Shown here piece after piece: positions 18,222 to 27,434 of a stretch of 64,000 nt of DNA (its first letter is position 1; each line of letters begins with the position of its first letter). Both the position numbers and the translations under genes were made by a program. Location of the stretch: positions 1,265 through 65,264 of the forward strand of contig JAPPGX010000016.1 of NCBI GenBank assembly GCA_028877265.1. The letters run 5' to 3'. Source of the stretch: Acidobacteriota bacterium (GTDB lineage Bacteria > Acidobacteriota > Vicinamibacteria > Marinacidobacterales > Marinacidobacteraceae). The notes beneath the pieces are model-generated. The model was not told the DNA's origin and searched no databases. It saw nothing but the letters and a program-made list of their open reading frames with translations.

Positions 18222-18833
18222 ATGGATCCGTCATCCCCTTCTTCCGACAGTCAGGGCACGCCTGGCGGGGTGCCGCCCACGCCCGCCGGCCCGGCCCTCG
18301 GACCCCGCCTCGGGGAACGTTTGGTGGCTGTCCTAAGCCTCTCGCCAGGGGCTTTCCGGCACATCGCGGCGGCTCCCCGCACGTTCCAGAGTCTTGTTGT
18401 CGCCTTCCTCGGGATCGCGCTCGTGGGCAGCGTCGCGACGCTGGGCGCGTTCCTGACGCTCGTCTATCCCTTGCTGGTCCTCGCCTGGCTCACCTTCCAT
18501 TCCGCCCTGTCGCGGCTCTTTACCCAAGTGCTCGTCAAGGAACCGCCCGCGGGAGGCCTGCCGTCCTACGCCGACTGGATCCGGTCGCAGTACTTCACCG
18601 TGAGCCCCTGGATGTTCGGACTGGTGCCGCTCGTAGGCACGTTCGCCTGGATCTACTCCATCGTTCTGGAAGTGCGCTCGATCATGGACATGGGGGGCTG
18701 CCCGGCCGGCCGGGGGATCGTGATCGTCCTCGTGACCGGCGTCGCTCGCGCCCTTCTCTTCGGACTCGTCGTCGCGGTCTTCGGGGCCGGAATCCTCAGC
18801 ATCTTCGCGCTGGATTCCCTCCTGCCCTGGTAG
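18222..18833 (+). CDS. Multi-pass membrane protein, Yip1-domain-like
   Basis: ATG 18222 (MDPSSPSS...). A Pro/Ser-rich N-terminal tail is followed by about 5 TM segments. The topology and length resemble bacterial Yip1-family proteins, but the family call is tentative. Confidence 0.5.
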   Translation: MDPSSPSSDSQGTPGGVPPTPAGPALGPRLGERLVAVLSLSPGAFRHIAAAPRTFQSLVVAFLGIALVGSVATLGAFLTLVYPLLVLAWLTFHSALSRLFTQVLVKEPPAGGLPSYADWIRSQYFTVSPWMFGLVPLVGTFAWIYSIVLEVRSIMDMGGCPAGRGIVIVLVTGVARALLFGLVVAVFGAGILSIFALDSLLPW

Positions 18834-18896
18834 CGCGGGCACCCCACCGAGACTTTCACCTTCGGGAAACCGTTGTTGCTAATTTAATAGCGGATA

Positions 18897-18912
18897 TGTT
18901 ATAAAAATAACA
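18897..18912. promoter_or_regulatory. Palindromic operator candidate TGTTAT-aaaa-ATAACA in an AT-rich promoter region upstream of the BlaI-like repressor
   Basis: Perfect 6+6 inverted repeat, 38 nt upstream of the blaI-like ATG. It sits in the only strongly AT-rich stretch of the window (about 18880..18915). Confidence 0.55.
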
Positions 18913-18949
18913 CTAACGACCGGCGGAAATCGGAACCGGTCAAAGTCTC

Positions 18950-19426
18950 ATGAATACCGAAGGACCGTCGCACAGCGACCTTTCGCGTCGTGAGCGACAG
19001 ATCATGGACATCCTGTTCCGGCTGGGCCGCGCCGCCGCCACCGTCGTCCGGAAGGAGCTTCCCGGCACGCCGAGTTTGTCGACGGTCCGCACCCAGCTGC
19101 GCATTCTGGAGAAAAAGGGCCACGTGCGGCACGAGGAGGAAGGGTTGCGCTACGTCTATCGCCCGGTAACAACGCGTCGGGCCGCCCGCCGATCGGCGTT
19201 GCGGCATCTCGTCGGGACGTTTTTCGACGGGTCTGCCGAGCAGGCAGTTGCCGCCTTGCTCGGTGGCGAGGCGAAGCGGCTGACCGAGGTGGAACTCGAG
19301 CGGATCGCACAGTTCGTTTCGGACGCAAAAGCGGCACAGCGGGGCCCAAGTCGATCCGCGGCCGGGCCGCTCGGCGACGGGCAGAGCGGAAACGACGTGA
19401 ACCGGGGCCGGGGAGAGCGTGATTAG
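18950..19426 (+). CDS. BlaI/MecI/CopY-family winged-helix transcriptional repressor
   Basis: 158 aa. LSRRERQIMDILFRLGRAAATVVRKEL...STVRTQLRILEKKGHV is typical of the Penicillinase_R family. It overlaps the downstream M56 gene by 8 nt. Confidence 0.88.
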   Translation: MNTEGPSHSDLSRRERQIMDILFRLGRAAATVVRKELPGTPSLSTVRTQLRILEKKGHVRHEEEGLRYVYRPVTTRRAARRSALRHLVGTFFDGSAEQAVAALLGGEAKRLTEVELERIAQFVSDAKAAQRGPSRSAAGPLGDGQSGNDVNRGRGERD

Positions 19427-20900
19427 CCTGCTGGCCGCGTTGACCGTCAAGGTGTCGGCCATCCTGTTCCTGGCCCTGCTCGGCGTCTTCTGCCTGCGCA
19501 GGGCCTCCGCTTCCGCGAGACACTGGCTTCTGGCGGTCGGCGTCGTGTCGGCGCTCGCGATGCCCGCGCTCCATGTCCTACCGACGGGCACGCTTCGGCT
19601 GCGCTCCGGCGTGTCATTCGCCGAACAGGTAGATACCGGTCTGCTTGGAGCGGCTGCTGCATTGCAGCCGGCGGGTTCCGCGTTTGACGGGTTTCTGTCC
19701 GGACTGGCGGCCCTCGCGAGCGACCCGGGCGTCGCCTGGATGGCGGGGCTGATCTGGCTGGTCGGCGCGGTTGCCAGCACGGCCGTGCTCCTGGTTGGGC
19801 TTGCGAGATTGCGGTGGCTTCGTGCGTCGTCGAATCGACTGACGGATGGGCCGTGGCATCGGCAGTGCGCCGACATTGCGCTGTCCTGCGGCCTGAAACG
19901 CAGCGTCGACCTCGTCCTGGGCCCGCGGCCAGGGCTGGTGGCGACCTGGGGCTGGCGACGGCCGGTCGTCATGCTGCCGGCGTCGGCATCCGGGTGGCCA
20001 GCGGCGCGCATGCGCGTCGTGCTCTTGCACGAACTCGCCCACGTGCACCGCGGCGACTGGGTATTGCTGATGGCGGGTGAGGCGCTGCGCTGTCTCTGGT
20101 GGTTCAACCCGCTGGTGTGGATGGTTCGTGGACGGCTCCGCCGGGAGAGCGAGCATGCCGCCGACGACCTCGTGCTTGCTCACGGTGTTCCACCCGCCAC
20201 CTGCGCGACCCACCTGGTCGAACTCGCCAGAGAACTTCGAAAGAACCGACGGACGTGGCTGCCGGCGCCGGCCATGGCGCGTCCGTCACATCTGAAACGG
20301 AGGTTATCCGTCATGTTGAATTCCCACACGAACCGGCGTCCGCTGACACCCCTCGCCCGCTTCGGGAGTCTGAGCGTGCTCGTGCCGATCTTGATCCTCG
20401 TTGCCAGCCTGGATGTGGGTCCCGCTTCCGCGGCTGGTCGCGCCGAATCGATCGGCAGCGCCGTCAGACAGGATCAGCCGGCGGAGTCGACGGGTCAGCG
20501 TATAGAGGAACTCCTCGCCCGACTCGCGGCCCTCCAGGCAGAGGTGCAGGCCGTGCTCGACGAGCTGCACGCCACCCTCGATGAGCCGGGCGCCAGCGGC
20601 TCGGTTGGCCCGATCTGGACCGGGGACGGCATCTCTCCCCCCAGGAAGATCCAGGGTGACCCACCGGTTTATCCCCCCGAGGCCGTGGCCGCAGGAGCCG
20701 CGGGTGTCGTAGTCGTGGAAGCAACCATCAGCCCAACGGGCGAGGTGACGGACGTTGAGGTGGTGCGTTCCGTGCCGCTTCTCGACGAGGCGGCGGTCGC
20801 CGCAGTCAGCGAGTGGCGGTACACGCCCGCGCTGCTCGACGGCGAGCCCGTCTCCACCCGGATGACGGTGAGCGTGACGTTCACGCGGCCATCACCCTGA
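19419..20900 (+). CDS. BlaR1-type M56 metallopeptidase signal transducer fused to a C-terminal TonB_C domain
   Basis: 493 aa. N-terminal TM region with an HELAHVHRGD zinc-peptidase motif and SEHAADD, then a coiled coil (EELLARLAALQAEVQAVLDEL), then a TonB C-terminal domain (PPVYPPEAVAAGAAGVVVVEATISPTGEVTDVEVVRSVPLLDEAAVAAVSEWRYTPA). Confidence 0.85.
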   Translation: MISLLAALTVKVSAILFLALLGVFCLRRASASARHWLLAVGVVSALAMPALHVLPTGTLRLRSGVSFAEQVDTGLLGAAAALQPAGSAFDGFLSGLAALASDPGVAWMAGLIWLVGAVASTAVLLVGLARLRWLRASSNRLTDGPWHRQCADIALSCGLKRSVDLVLGPRPGLVATWGWRRPVVMLPASASGWPAARMRVVLLHELAHVHRGDWVLLMAGEALRCLWWFNPLVWMVRGRLRRESEHAADDLVLAHGVPPATCATHLVELARELRKNRRTWLPAPAMARPSHLKRRLSVMLNSHTNRRPLTPLARFGSLSVLVPILILVASLDVGPASAAGRAESIGSAVRQDQPAESTGQRIEELLARLAALQAEVQAVLDELHATLDEPGASGSVGPIWTGDGISPPRKIQGDPPVYPPEAVAAGAAGVVVVEATISPTGEVTDVEVVRSVPLLDEAAVAAVSEWRYTPALLDGEPVSTRMTVSVTFTRPSP

Positions 20901-20942
20901 GGAACTGCGCGACCTGGGGCCCGCGGGGCCGTGCAATGCACC

Positions 20943-21899
20943 TCAGTCCTCCCCCTCGGCGCCGGAGGTGAGCCGGCGCCGCCGCTCTTCGGCCGCCTTG
21001 AGCGTCCGCGGCCACTTCTTCCGGAGCAGCCGGGACATCGCCCGATCCGCCAGCAGGCGGCCGCCGGTCTGGCAGGTCGCGCAGTAGTTGAACTCGTTCT
21101 CGGCGCGGCGCACCCGCTGCACCGGGGATCCGCAGTCCGGACACGGCTGGCCGAAGCGGCCGTGCACCGCCATTCCCTCCCGGAAGGCGGTGACGCCGGT
21201 GGGAAAGGCGCTGCCGCACTCTTTCTGAAGCCGTGCGGCCCACTCTGTCAGGACGGCCTCCGCCGCGCTGTGGAGACGCCTCATCTCCTCGTCGCTGAGC
21301 CTGCCGGCGCGTTTCGAAGGGGAGAGCCGGGCCCGGTGGAGAATCTCGTCCGAATAGGCGTTGCCGACTCCGGCGAAGCGCGCCGGCTCGGTGAGCGCGC
21401 GCTTGATCGTGTTGGTCAGGCCCGCGAGCCGGGCCGCGAACTCTTCACGGGTGGATCCGGGAATCTCCAGCCCGCCGCGGTCGAGCGCCCGAAGCGGCTC
21501 CGGACCCTGGCCGACCCGGATGGAGGCCCGCTTCTTCGGGCTCCGCTCGACGAGCCGCAACTTTCCGCCGCTCCCGGCCTCCGCTTCGAAACTCCAGACG
21601 GCGAGATTGCCGCGCGGGGACAGCCGCACCGGCTTTGTCGAGCCGGAACTCGCGGTCCAGTGGAACCGTCCCGCCACCGCCAGATGGACGGCGCAGAACA
21701 GCTCCTCCTCGAACTCCATGACGAGCTGCTTGCCGATCCGCCGGACCCCGGTCGCCACCCGTCCGATCAGCGCCTCGGGAGGCGTCTCGACCGAGGCGAG
21801 GAGGTGCGGGGAGGCGATCTGAAACGCCGAGACGCGCGTACCCACGATCCGGCCCCCGATCGCGGCGCGGTACAGCTCGACATCGGGAAATTCGGGCAC
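20943..21899 (-). CDS. Fpg/Nei-family DNA glycosylase / AP lyase
   Basis: 318 aa with a GTG start. N-terminal (M)PEFPDVE (catalytic Pro2/Glu3 pattern), an H2TH region, and a C-terminal zinc finger CPDCGSPV...YCATCQ followed by a roughly 45-aa basic tail. Confidence 0.85.
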   Translation of the reverse strand: MPEFPDVELYRAAIGGRIVGTRVSAFQIASPHLLASVETPPEALIGRVATGVRRIGKQLVMEFEEELFCAVHLAVAGRFHWTASSGSTKPVRLSPRGNLAVWSFEAEAGSGGKLRLVERSPKKRASIRVGQGPEPLRALDRGGLEIPGSTREEFAARLAGLTNTIKRALTEPARFAGVGNAYSDEILHRARLSPSKRAGRLSDEEMRRLHSAAEAVLTEWAARLQKECGSAFPTGVTAFREGMAVHGRFGQPCPDCGSPVQRVRRAENEFNYCATCQTGGRLLADRAMSRLLRKKWPRTLKAAEERRRRLTSGAEGED

Positions 21900-21979
21900 G
21901 GGCGATAGTCTCCCGCCCGGGGTTTGGGGATGTCCAGCGGGCGGCGCGCCGCCGCCGCTGCCAGGCAGAGGAGAACACC

Positions 21980-22765
21980 GTGCCGGATCGCGCGCAGAAA
22001 CGCTTTCAGAACAGGGTCGCCATCGTGACCGGAGCCTCCAGCGGGATCGGGCGGGCCACCGCTCTGGCGCTCGGCGGGGAGGGGGCGAAGGTCACCGTCA
22101 CGGCCCGCCGGCCCGAGCGGCTTGGAGCACTGGCCCGCGAGATCGAGATGGCCGGCGGGGCGGCGCTGCCCCTGGCGGGTGATGTGACCGAAGCGGACTT
22201 CCGGTCGCGGGTCGTGGAGGAGACCGTCGAGCGCTTCGGCGGGCTGGACCACCTCGTGAACTCCGCCGGGGTGATCGCCTTCGGCACCATCGAGAACACC
22301 GGACTCGACGCCTGGCAGCGGATGTTCGCCCTGAACGTGGAGGCAGTCTTCGATCTGATGCGGCTCTCGGTGCCGCACCTGCTCGAGCGGAAGGGCAGCA
22401 TCGTCAACGTCTCCAGCGTGAACGGGATCCGCTCGTTCCCGGGAGTGCTGGCCTACAACTCGAGCAAGTCCGCCCTCGACCAGTTGACGCGTTGCTCGGC
22501 TCTCGAACTGGCCGCGAAGGGGGTGCGCGTCAACTCCGTGAACCCCGGCGTCACGCGGACCGAGCTTCACCTGGCGGGCGGGCTCGACGACGACCGCTAC
22601 GCGGCCTTCGTGGAGCACAGCAAGACCACGCATCCGATCGGACGGATCGGCAAACCCGAAGAGGTGGCCGACCTCGCGCTGTTCCTGCTGTCGGACGACG
22701 CGGGCTTTTGCACCGGGGTCACGATCCCGGTGGACGGCGGCCGGCACCTCACCTGCGCGAGGTAG
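21980..22765 (+). CDS. Short-chain dehydrogenase/reductase (SDR)
   Basis: 261 aa. TGASSGIGRA cofactor motif and YNSSK catalytic motif. Confidence 0.88.
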   Translation: MPDRAQKRFQNRVAIVTGASSGIGRATALALGGEGAKVTVTARRPERLGALAREIEMAGGAALPLAGDVTEADFRSRVVEETVERFGGLDHLVNSAGVIAFGTIENTGLDAWQRMFALNVEAVFDLMRLSVPHLLERKGSIVNVSSVNGIRSFPGVLAYNSSKSALDQLTRCSALELAAKGVRVNSVNPGVTRTELHLAGGLDDDRYAAFVEHSKTTHPIGRIGKPEEVADLALFLLSDDAGFCTGVTIPVDGGRHLTCAR

Positions 22766-22839
22766 CCGGGCGCTGTCGCAATCCCCGAAGGCATCCTGCC
22801 GCCGGACGACGCCCTCTCCGGGCCGGCGAGTACGTGAAG

Positions 22840-22870
22840 GAGGGCGCCCACCGGAGTGGCGGGCGCCCTC
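22840..22870. terminator. Bidirectional hairpin between convergent SDR and TonB-dependent receptor genes
   Basis: GAGGGCGCCC (22840..22849) pairs with GGGCGCCCTC (22861..22870), a 10-bp perfect stem with an 11-nt loop. There is no clear U-tract. Confidence 0.45.
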
Positions 22871-22888
22871 GAGGTGAGAGCCGGTTCG

Positions 22889-25800
22889 CTAGAAGCGGAG
22901 CGTTCCCCGCAGCAACATCGTGCGGGCGTTCTGCCGGCTTCTGAGCTGGAGGAAGTTCGAACTGAACGCGCGGTTCGCCGAGCTGTAGGTGAACTGGTTG
23001 TGGTTGTGGGCGTCGAGCAGGTTGAACATCTGCGCCGTGACCTCGAGCTGCGCGGGCCCGAAGTCCACGATCTTGCCTAGCGAGAGCCCGACCGTGTGCA
23101 CGGTGGGCGCCTGCGGCTGGAGCTCGCCGCGGTCGGCGCCGACGATGCGGTAGCGGGTCGAGAGAGGGTTGGTCTGGCCGTTGTTCGCCTGTCCCGGACC
23201 GTACTGCGTGACCTGCGGGTCGTCGGCCGCGAGCCGCGCGAGCGGCGGACCGGACCACGGGCCGGCGTTCGCCGTGTAGCTGACGCCGCCGGTGATGTCG
23301 AAGGGCAGCAGGTAGGTGAGCCCGCCGCGGACCGAGAACTGCCGCCAGGTCGGGGCGTAGGAGAGCGCGTTGTTGCTGCGCAGCGTGTTGTGCTCGTTGT
23401 TGCCCCGCGGCATGTAGAGCGCCCTGTTGGAGTCGAACTTGTCGGGCTGGATGTAGCGCGCCGGGTCGTTCGGGTTCCAGTCGCCCGCGAAGTGCTGCCA
23501 CTGCCGATTGATGTTCAGCGTCGCGGACATCCGCTCGGTGCGCTTCGTGGTGGTGATTTCGAGCGCCGTATAGACGAGGTTGCTCCACGAGTTGTTCGTC
23601 TGCTGGTACACATTGCCGGTATCGGGATCCACGCGCCCGTACTGGAACTCGCCGCGGGGAACCGAAGCCGGCGACTCGGCGGGCCAGAAGCCGTTCTGTT
23701 CGAGGAAGGCGTAGTTGTCGGTGTAGCGCCGGTGGACCACCGCGACGTCCATCGCGAGCTGGCCCGGGAACTGCCGGCGGATGCCGCCAATGAACTCGTC
23801 CACGAACGGCTGCCCGATGTCGCGATCGAACAGCACGTCAGGGGGGAGTCCGGCGACCGGTTGCGTGAAAACGCTGTGGTCGGGGATGCCGTCCCCGTCG
23901 TGGTCGTACTCGTTGTATTCGCCGATCGTCGAGCCCGAATGACTGAACGTGACCTGGTCGCGCCCGTTCACCTGCTCGTGCACGCGGCCGTAGTTGCCTC
24001 GCAGCACGGTGCGGCCGTCCCCGGTGAGCTGGTAGGAGAACCCGGCGCGCGGGCCGAGCGCGATGGTGTCCATCCGGTCAATGTCGAGGATGCCGTCGTG
24101 GCGCTTCACCCGGTCGGCGCGCAGTCCGAGATTCAGGGTGAGGCGGTCGTTCGGCCGCCAGGCGTCCTGGAGATAGACCGCGAGGTCGCTGTCCCGGGCG
24201 TCGCGGACCAGCAGCTCGCTTGCGGGCGCCGTTTCGGTGCCGTTCCAGCGGCGCCGGTACCAGACCGTGCGCACCGCCTGCGAGAGATCCGAGACCTGGT
24301 TGCCGTTCGCGTCCACTGGAGCGTGCCACTCCTGCCGCCAGGCGCCCGCCGGCGAGTACAGCCGCGTCTCCTCGTACAGGTTCCAGGGGGCGGCATAGAC
24401 GCCGAAGCCGATCTCGTGCGAACCGGCGAAATCGTCCACGTAGTGGGTCAGGTCCCCGCGAAGCAGCAGGAGCCGCGTGGGTCGGATCTGGCCCTGGTTC
24501 CCGTTGGCCCCACCGCCGCCGGTTCCGAGCGCGGCAATGCGGCCGCCGTCGCCGGTCGTCCCGGACGGGTTGACGGTGAAACCGTCGTGGATCTCCACGT
24601 AGAGCGGAATCGAGCCGAGCTGGGGTTGCGCATCCTGCAGCACCTCGCTCGCCTTGTTGTTCCAGGAGGCGAGGAACTGGCCGGTCGTATTCCCGCCGAA
24701 GACGGAGGTCAGCTTCGCGCCGAACAGGTCGCCGCCGGTCTTGACCGTGAACCGCGGGGCAATGTCGTACTCGCGGTTCGAGGTGTTCTCCAATTGATCT
24801 CGCTGGTAGTACGCCGACAGCTCGTGGCGCGGGTTCAGCCGGGCGGTCAGCTTGACGTAGGGCTGGTGGCTCTGCGTGGTGTTCGGGAACGCGCTGTAGG
24901 CGGGCGCGCTGCCGAGTCCGCTGGCGAGCGGGATTCCGGAGAGCTGGCTGAGCCGGTCCACGTCCACCGCGCTGCGGCTGATCCGCGCCGCGAGGTCGGC
25001 GTAGCGGTAGGTGCCGAAGAACCACGCCCGGTCGCGCAGGATCGGCCCCCCGGCGGAGAAGTCCGCCTGCCGGACGAGATGCGCGGTCGGGGTTCCGGCC
25101 CCGGCAACCACGGTCTCCGGCGGGTTGTACACGCCGAGCGCCTCGAAGCTCGCCAGTTCGGAGGCGAACGGGTTGAAGTTGTCGGGGAGCTCGTTGTCGC
25201 CGAAGAAACCCCCGAGTCCCTCGTCGTCTCCGGTGCCCCAGTCGTACTCCTGGTGGTCGTAGGAGGCCGAGGCGGAGAGGTCGTTCCCGCCGCTCTTGGT
25301 GACGATGTTGATGATCAGCCCGGTGCCGAGGGGATCCTTCGCTTCGGCGCCCCCGGTCTTCACGGAGGCGTCCTCGATCACGTCGGAACCCATGCCGACA
25401 TAGGTGACCTGGGCGTCCTGATAGCCGGCCGCCGCCATGCCTTCGAGCTGGATGACATGGGCGAAGTGCTCGGTGGCGTGCCCGAAGTACACCATCCGGC
25501 CCGAACCGTCATCGAAGGGCCGGGCGTTGACCCCGGGGGTCATCTCGAGGAAGTCGCTCCAGTTGCCGCGCGCCTGGATCGGGAGGTCGCGCTGGAAGTC
25601 GCCCTCGATGGTCAGGATGTTGCCGGGGCGGGCGATCTCGAGCATCGGGGTCTCGGCGGTGACCGTGATGGTCTCCTCCAGTTCGCTGATGGACATCACC
25701 ACATCCACGCCGATGTTCGTGCTGGCGCGGACGACGATGCCTTCCTGCCGGTAGGTGGCGAACCCCTGGAGCGAGGCTTCAATGGTGAAGGCGCCCACCG

Positions 25801-26017
25801 GGAGGTTCAGCAGCCGGAAGGCGCCCTGGCTGTCGGTGACGGAGACCTCGGGAGCGATCAGCGCCGGGCTGGTGGCGGTGATGGTGACGCCGGGCAGGAC
25901 GCCGCCCGAGTTGTCGGTGACCGTGCCGCGGATGCTGGAATCGCCGCCCTGGCCCAGCGCCATGGCCGGGACGGCGAGGGACGCCGCGAGCAGCAGCGCA
26001 GATATGGACTTTCGCAT
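22889..26017 (-). CDS. TonB-dependent outer-membrane receptor with N-terminal carboxypeptidase-regulatory-like domain
   Basis: 3' part of track ORF 22889..26284(-). ATG at 26017 is preceded by AAGGAGA. Signal peptide MRKSISALLLAASLAVPAMALGQ, then IRGTVTDNSGGVLPGVTITAT (CarboxypepD_reg), a plug and a long barrel ending ...LRGTLRF. Confidence 0.88.
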   Translation of the reverse strand: MRKSISALLLAASLAVPAMALGQGGDSSIRGTVTDNSGGVLPGVTITATSPALIAPEVSVTDSQGAFRLLNLPVGAFTIEASLQGFATYRQEGIVVRASTNIGVDVVMSISELEETITVTAETPMLEIARPGNILTIEGDFQRDLPIQARGNWSDFLEMTPGVNARPFDDGSGRMVYFGHATEHFAHVIQLEGMAAAGYQDAQVTYVGMGSDVIEDASVKTGGAEAKDPLGTGLIINIVTKSGGNDLSASASYDHQEYDWGTGDDEGLGGFFGDNELPDNFNPFASELASFEALGVYNPPETVVAGAGTPTAHLVRQADFSAGGPILRDRAWFFGTYRYADLAARISRSAVDVDRLSQLSGIPLASGLGSAPAYSAFPNTTQSHQPYVKLTARLNPRHELSAYYQRDQLENTSNREYDIAPRFTVKTGGDLFGAKLTSVFGGNTTGQFLASWNNKASEVLQDAQPQLGSIPLYVEIHDGFTVNPSGTTGDGGRIAALGTGGGGANGNQGQIRPTRLLLLRGDLTHYVDDFAGSHEIGFGVYAAPWNLYEETRLYSPAGAWRQEWHAPVDANGNQVSDLSQAVRTVWYRRRWNGTETAPASELLVRDARDSDLAVYLQDAWRPNDRLTLNLGLRADRVKRHDGILDIDRMDTIALGPRAGFSYQLTGDGRTVLRGNYGRVHEQVNGRDQVTFSHSGSTIGEYNEYDHDGDGIPDHSVFTQPVAGLPPDVLFDRDIGQPFVDEFIGGIRRQFPGQLAMDVAVVHRRYTDNYAFLEQNGFWPAESPASVPRGEFQYGRVDPDTGNVYQQTNNSWSNLVYTALEITTTKRTERMSATLNINRQWQHFAGDWNPNDPARYIQPDKFDSNRALYMPRGNNEHNTLRSNNALSYAPTWRQFSVRGGLTYLLPFDITGGVSYTANAGPWSGPPLARLAADDPQVTQYGPGQANNGQTNPLSTRYRIVGADRGELQPQAPTVHTVGLSLGKIVDFGPAQLEVTAQMFNLLDAHNHNQFTYSSANRAFSSNFLQLRSRQNARTMLLRGTLRF

Positions 26018-26476
26018 GGTTTCTCCTTTTTGAAGTTGCGGAATTCCGGTTTGGCGGAGCCGGACGAACCCGACCGGCGGACGCCGCGCAAGAAAATGCA
26101 ACCCCGTGGCCGAACGTCCGAACGCGGCCGGAAAGTCGCGATGAGTCACTGCTTCCATGGGAGTCGTCGCTCGCTGCGACAACCGCTCCACCCGCCCCGA
26201 TCCGCGGTCTCCAAGAAAACGGAGAAGCCGATTCTTGGATAAACCAAACTCTGCCGGTCCGCCTTCAATGTTCCGGACCGCCAAGGTCGGATTCGTGGAG
26301 GCAATGCCGGGAGACGCGGAGCCCCGGCTTCGGCGGCGCGGCCCCGGGCCCGGCCGCGCAATCCGGCCCCCCGGAAGAGTCAGCTACCGGACATGGTCCT
26401 CGGCGCCGGGACCGGAGTCGTCGCGGGCGGCTGCCGTTCTACGGGCAGCAGTCCCGATCGGGAGATGCCGTGCGCG

Positions 26477-27370
26477 TCAGGGGTTCCGGACCACCCGCAG
26501 GCTGACGTGGTCGCTGCGGTAGACCGGCGGGTCGGCGAGGAACCGGAAGGAGCAGGTCGCCCGGTCCGGGTTCACGTTCCAGCCCCCGCCACGGAGGACG
26601 CGCTCGTTGCCCGAGGCGGGTCCCTGGGGATCCACCACCGGTGACTCCGGCCGCCGCACCTGGGCGGCGTAGTAGTCGGCGGAGGAGTAGTCCTGGACCC
26701 ATTCCCAGTTGTTCCCGAGCATGTCGTGGAGCCCAAAGGGGTTCGCCGGGTAGCGGTCGATCGGGGTGATCAGGGTGTGCTCGTCCCGGGGCCAGGGGGC
26801 GCCCCCCGGACGCCAGGTGCCCGCGGTGTTCACGTTCGTCTGGTCGAAGTCGTCGCCCCACCAGTAGGTCGTCTGCGTGCCGCCGCGGCAGGCGTACTCC
26901 CACTCGGCCTCGGTGGGGAGCCGGTAGGCCTGGCCGGTCTGCCGGCTGAGCCAGCGGGTGTAGGCGACGCCGTCGTTCCAGCTCACCTGGACCACGGGGT
27001 ACCTGTCGGGTTCCGTGACCGTCGAGCCCGGTCCGTGGGGCTCCTTCCAGGTGAAGCCCGGGGAGTAGACGAAGCGGCCGTCCCGGAGGATCCGGCCGGT
27101 GCCGAACTTCTCCGCCTCGGTCTCGTAACCGGTGTCCTCGACGAAGGCGGCGAACTCGGCATGGGTGATCTCGTACTTCGAGATCCAGAAGTCCGAGACC
27201 TGGACGGCGTGGATCGGCTTTTCCTGGGGTGGGCCGGCCTGCGAGCCCATGAAGAAGACGCCGCCCTTGATTTCCACCATCTCGGGCATGGGGGTGTCCT
27301 GGGCGGGGGCGGTGGCGGCGAGGAGGAGGAGGGTGAGGGTGAGGAAGGTGGTGGCGATGGTGTGTTTCAT
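26477..27370 (-). CDS. Formylglycine-generating-enzyme (SUMF1/FGE) family protein, exported
   Basis: 3' part of track ORF 26477..28453(-). ATG at 27370 (MKHTIATTFLTLTLLLLAATAPAQ signal). Motifs RLPTEAEWEYACRGG and GLHDMLGNNWEWVQD...RVLRGGGW are diagnostic of the FGE-sulfatase fold. Confidence 0.88.
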   Translation of the reverse strand: MKHTIATTFLTLTLLLLAATAPAQDTPMPEMVEIKGGVFFMGSQAGPPQEKPIHAVQVSDFWISKYEITHAEFAAFVEDTGYETEAEKFGTGRILRDGRFVYSPGFTWKEPHGPGSTVTEPDRYPVVQVSWNDGVAYTRWLSRQTGQAYRLPTEAEWEYACRGGTQTTYWWGDDFDQTNVNTAGTWRPGGAPWPRDEHTLITPIDRYPANPFGLHDMLGNNWEWVQDYSSADYYAAQVRRPESPVVDPQGPASGNERVLRGGGWNVNPDRATCSFRFLADPPVYRSDHVSLRVVRNP

Positions 27371-27434
27371 GGGCGTTTGGGGTGGGTGATCCGTCAGGGG
27401 TGCGGTGAGCGGTTTCGACCGCCTCCCGGCGGTC

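Noticed and set aside
20901-20942. Possible terminator between the convergent BlaR1-like and fpg-family genes.
   Set aside because: Only 5-bp stems are present (GGCCC-gcg-GGGCC; GTGCA-a-TGCAC). That is too weak to call.
26018-26476. Possible riboswitch (for example cobalamin) in the roughly 460-nt region upstream of the TonB-dependent receptor.
   Set aside because: I read the minus strand and found no B12-box-like core and no other riboswitch consensus that I recognise. Only short hairpins and inverted repeats are present. A covariance-model scan (Rfam/cmscan) would be needed to exclude a riboswitch formally.
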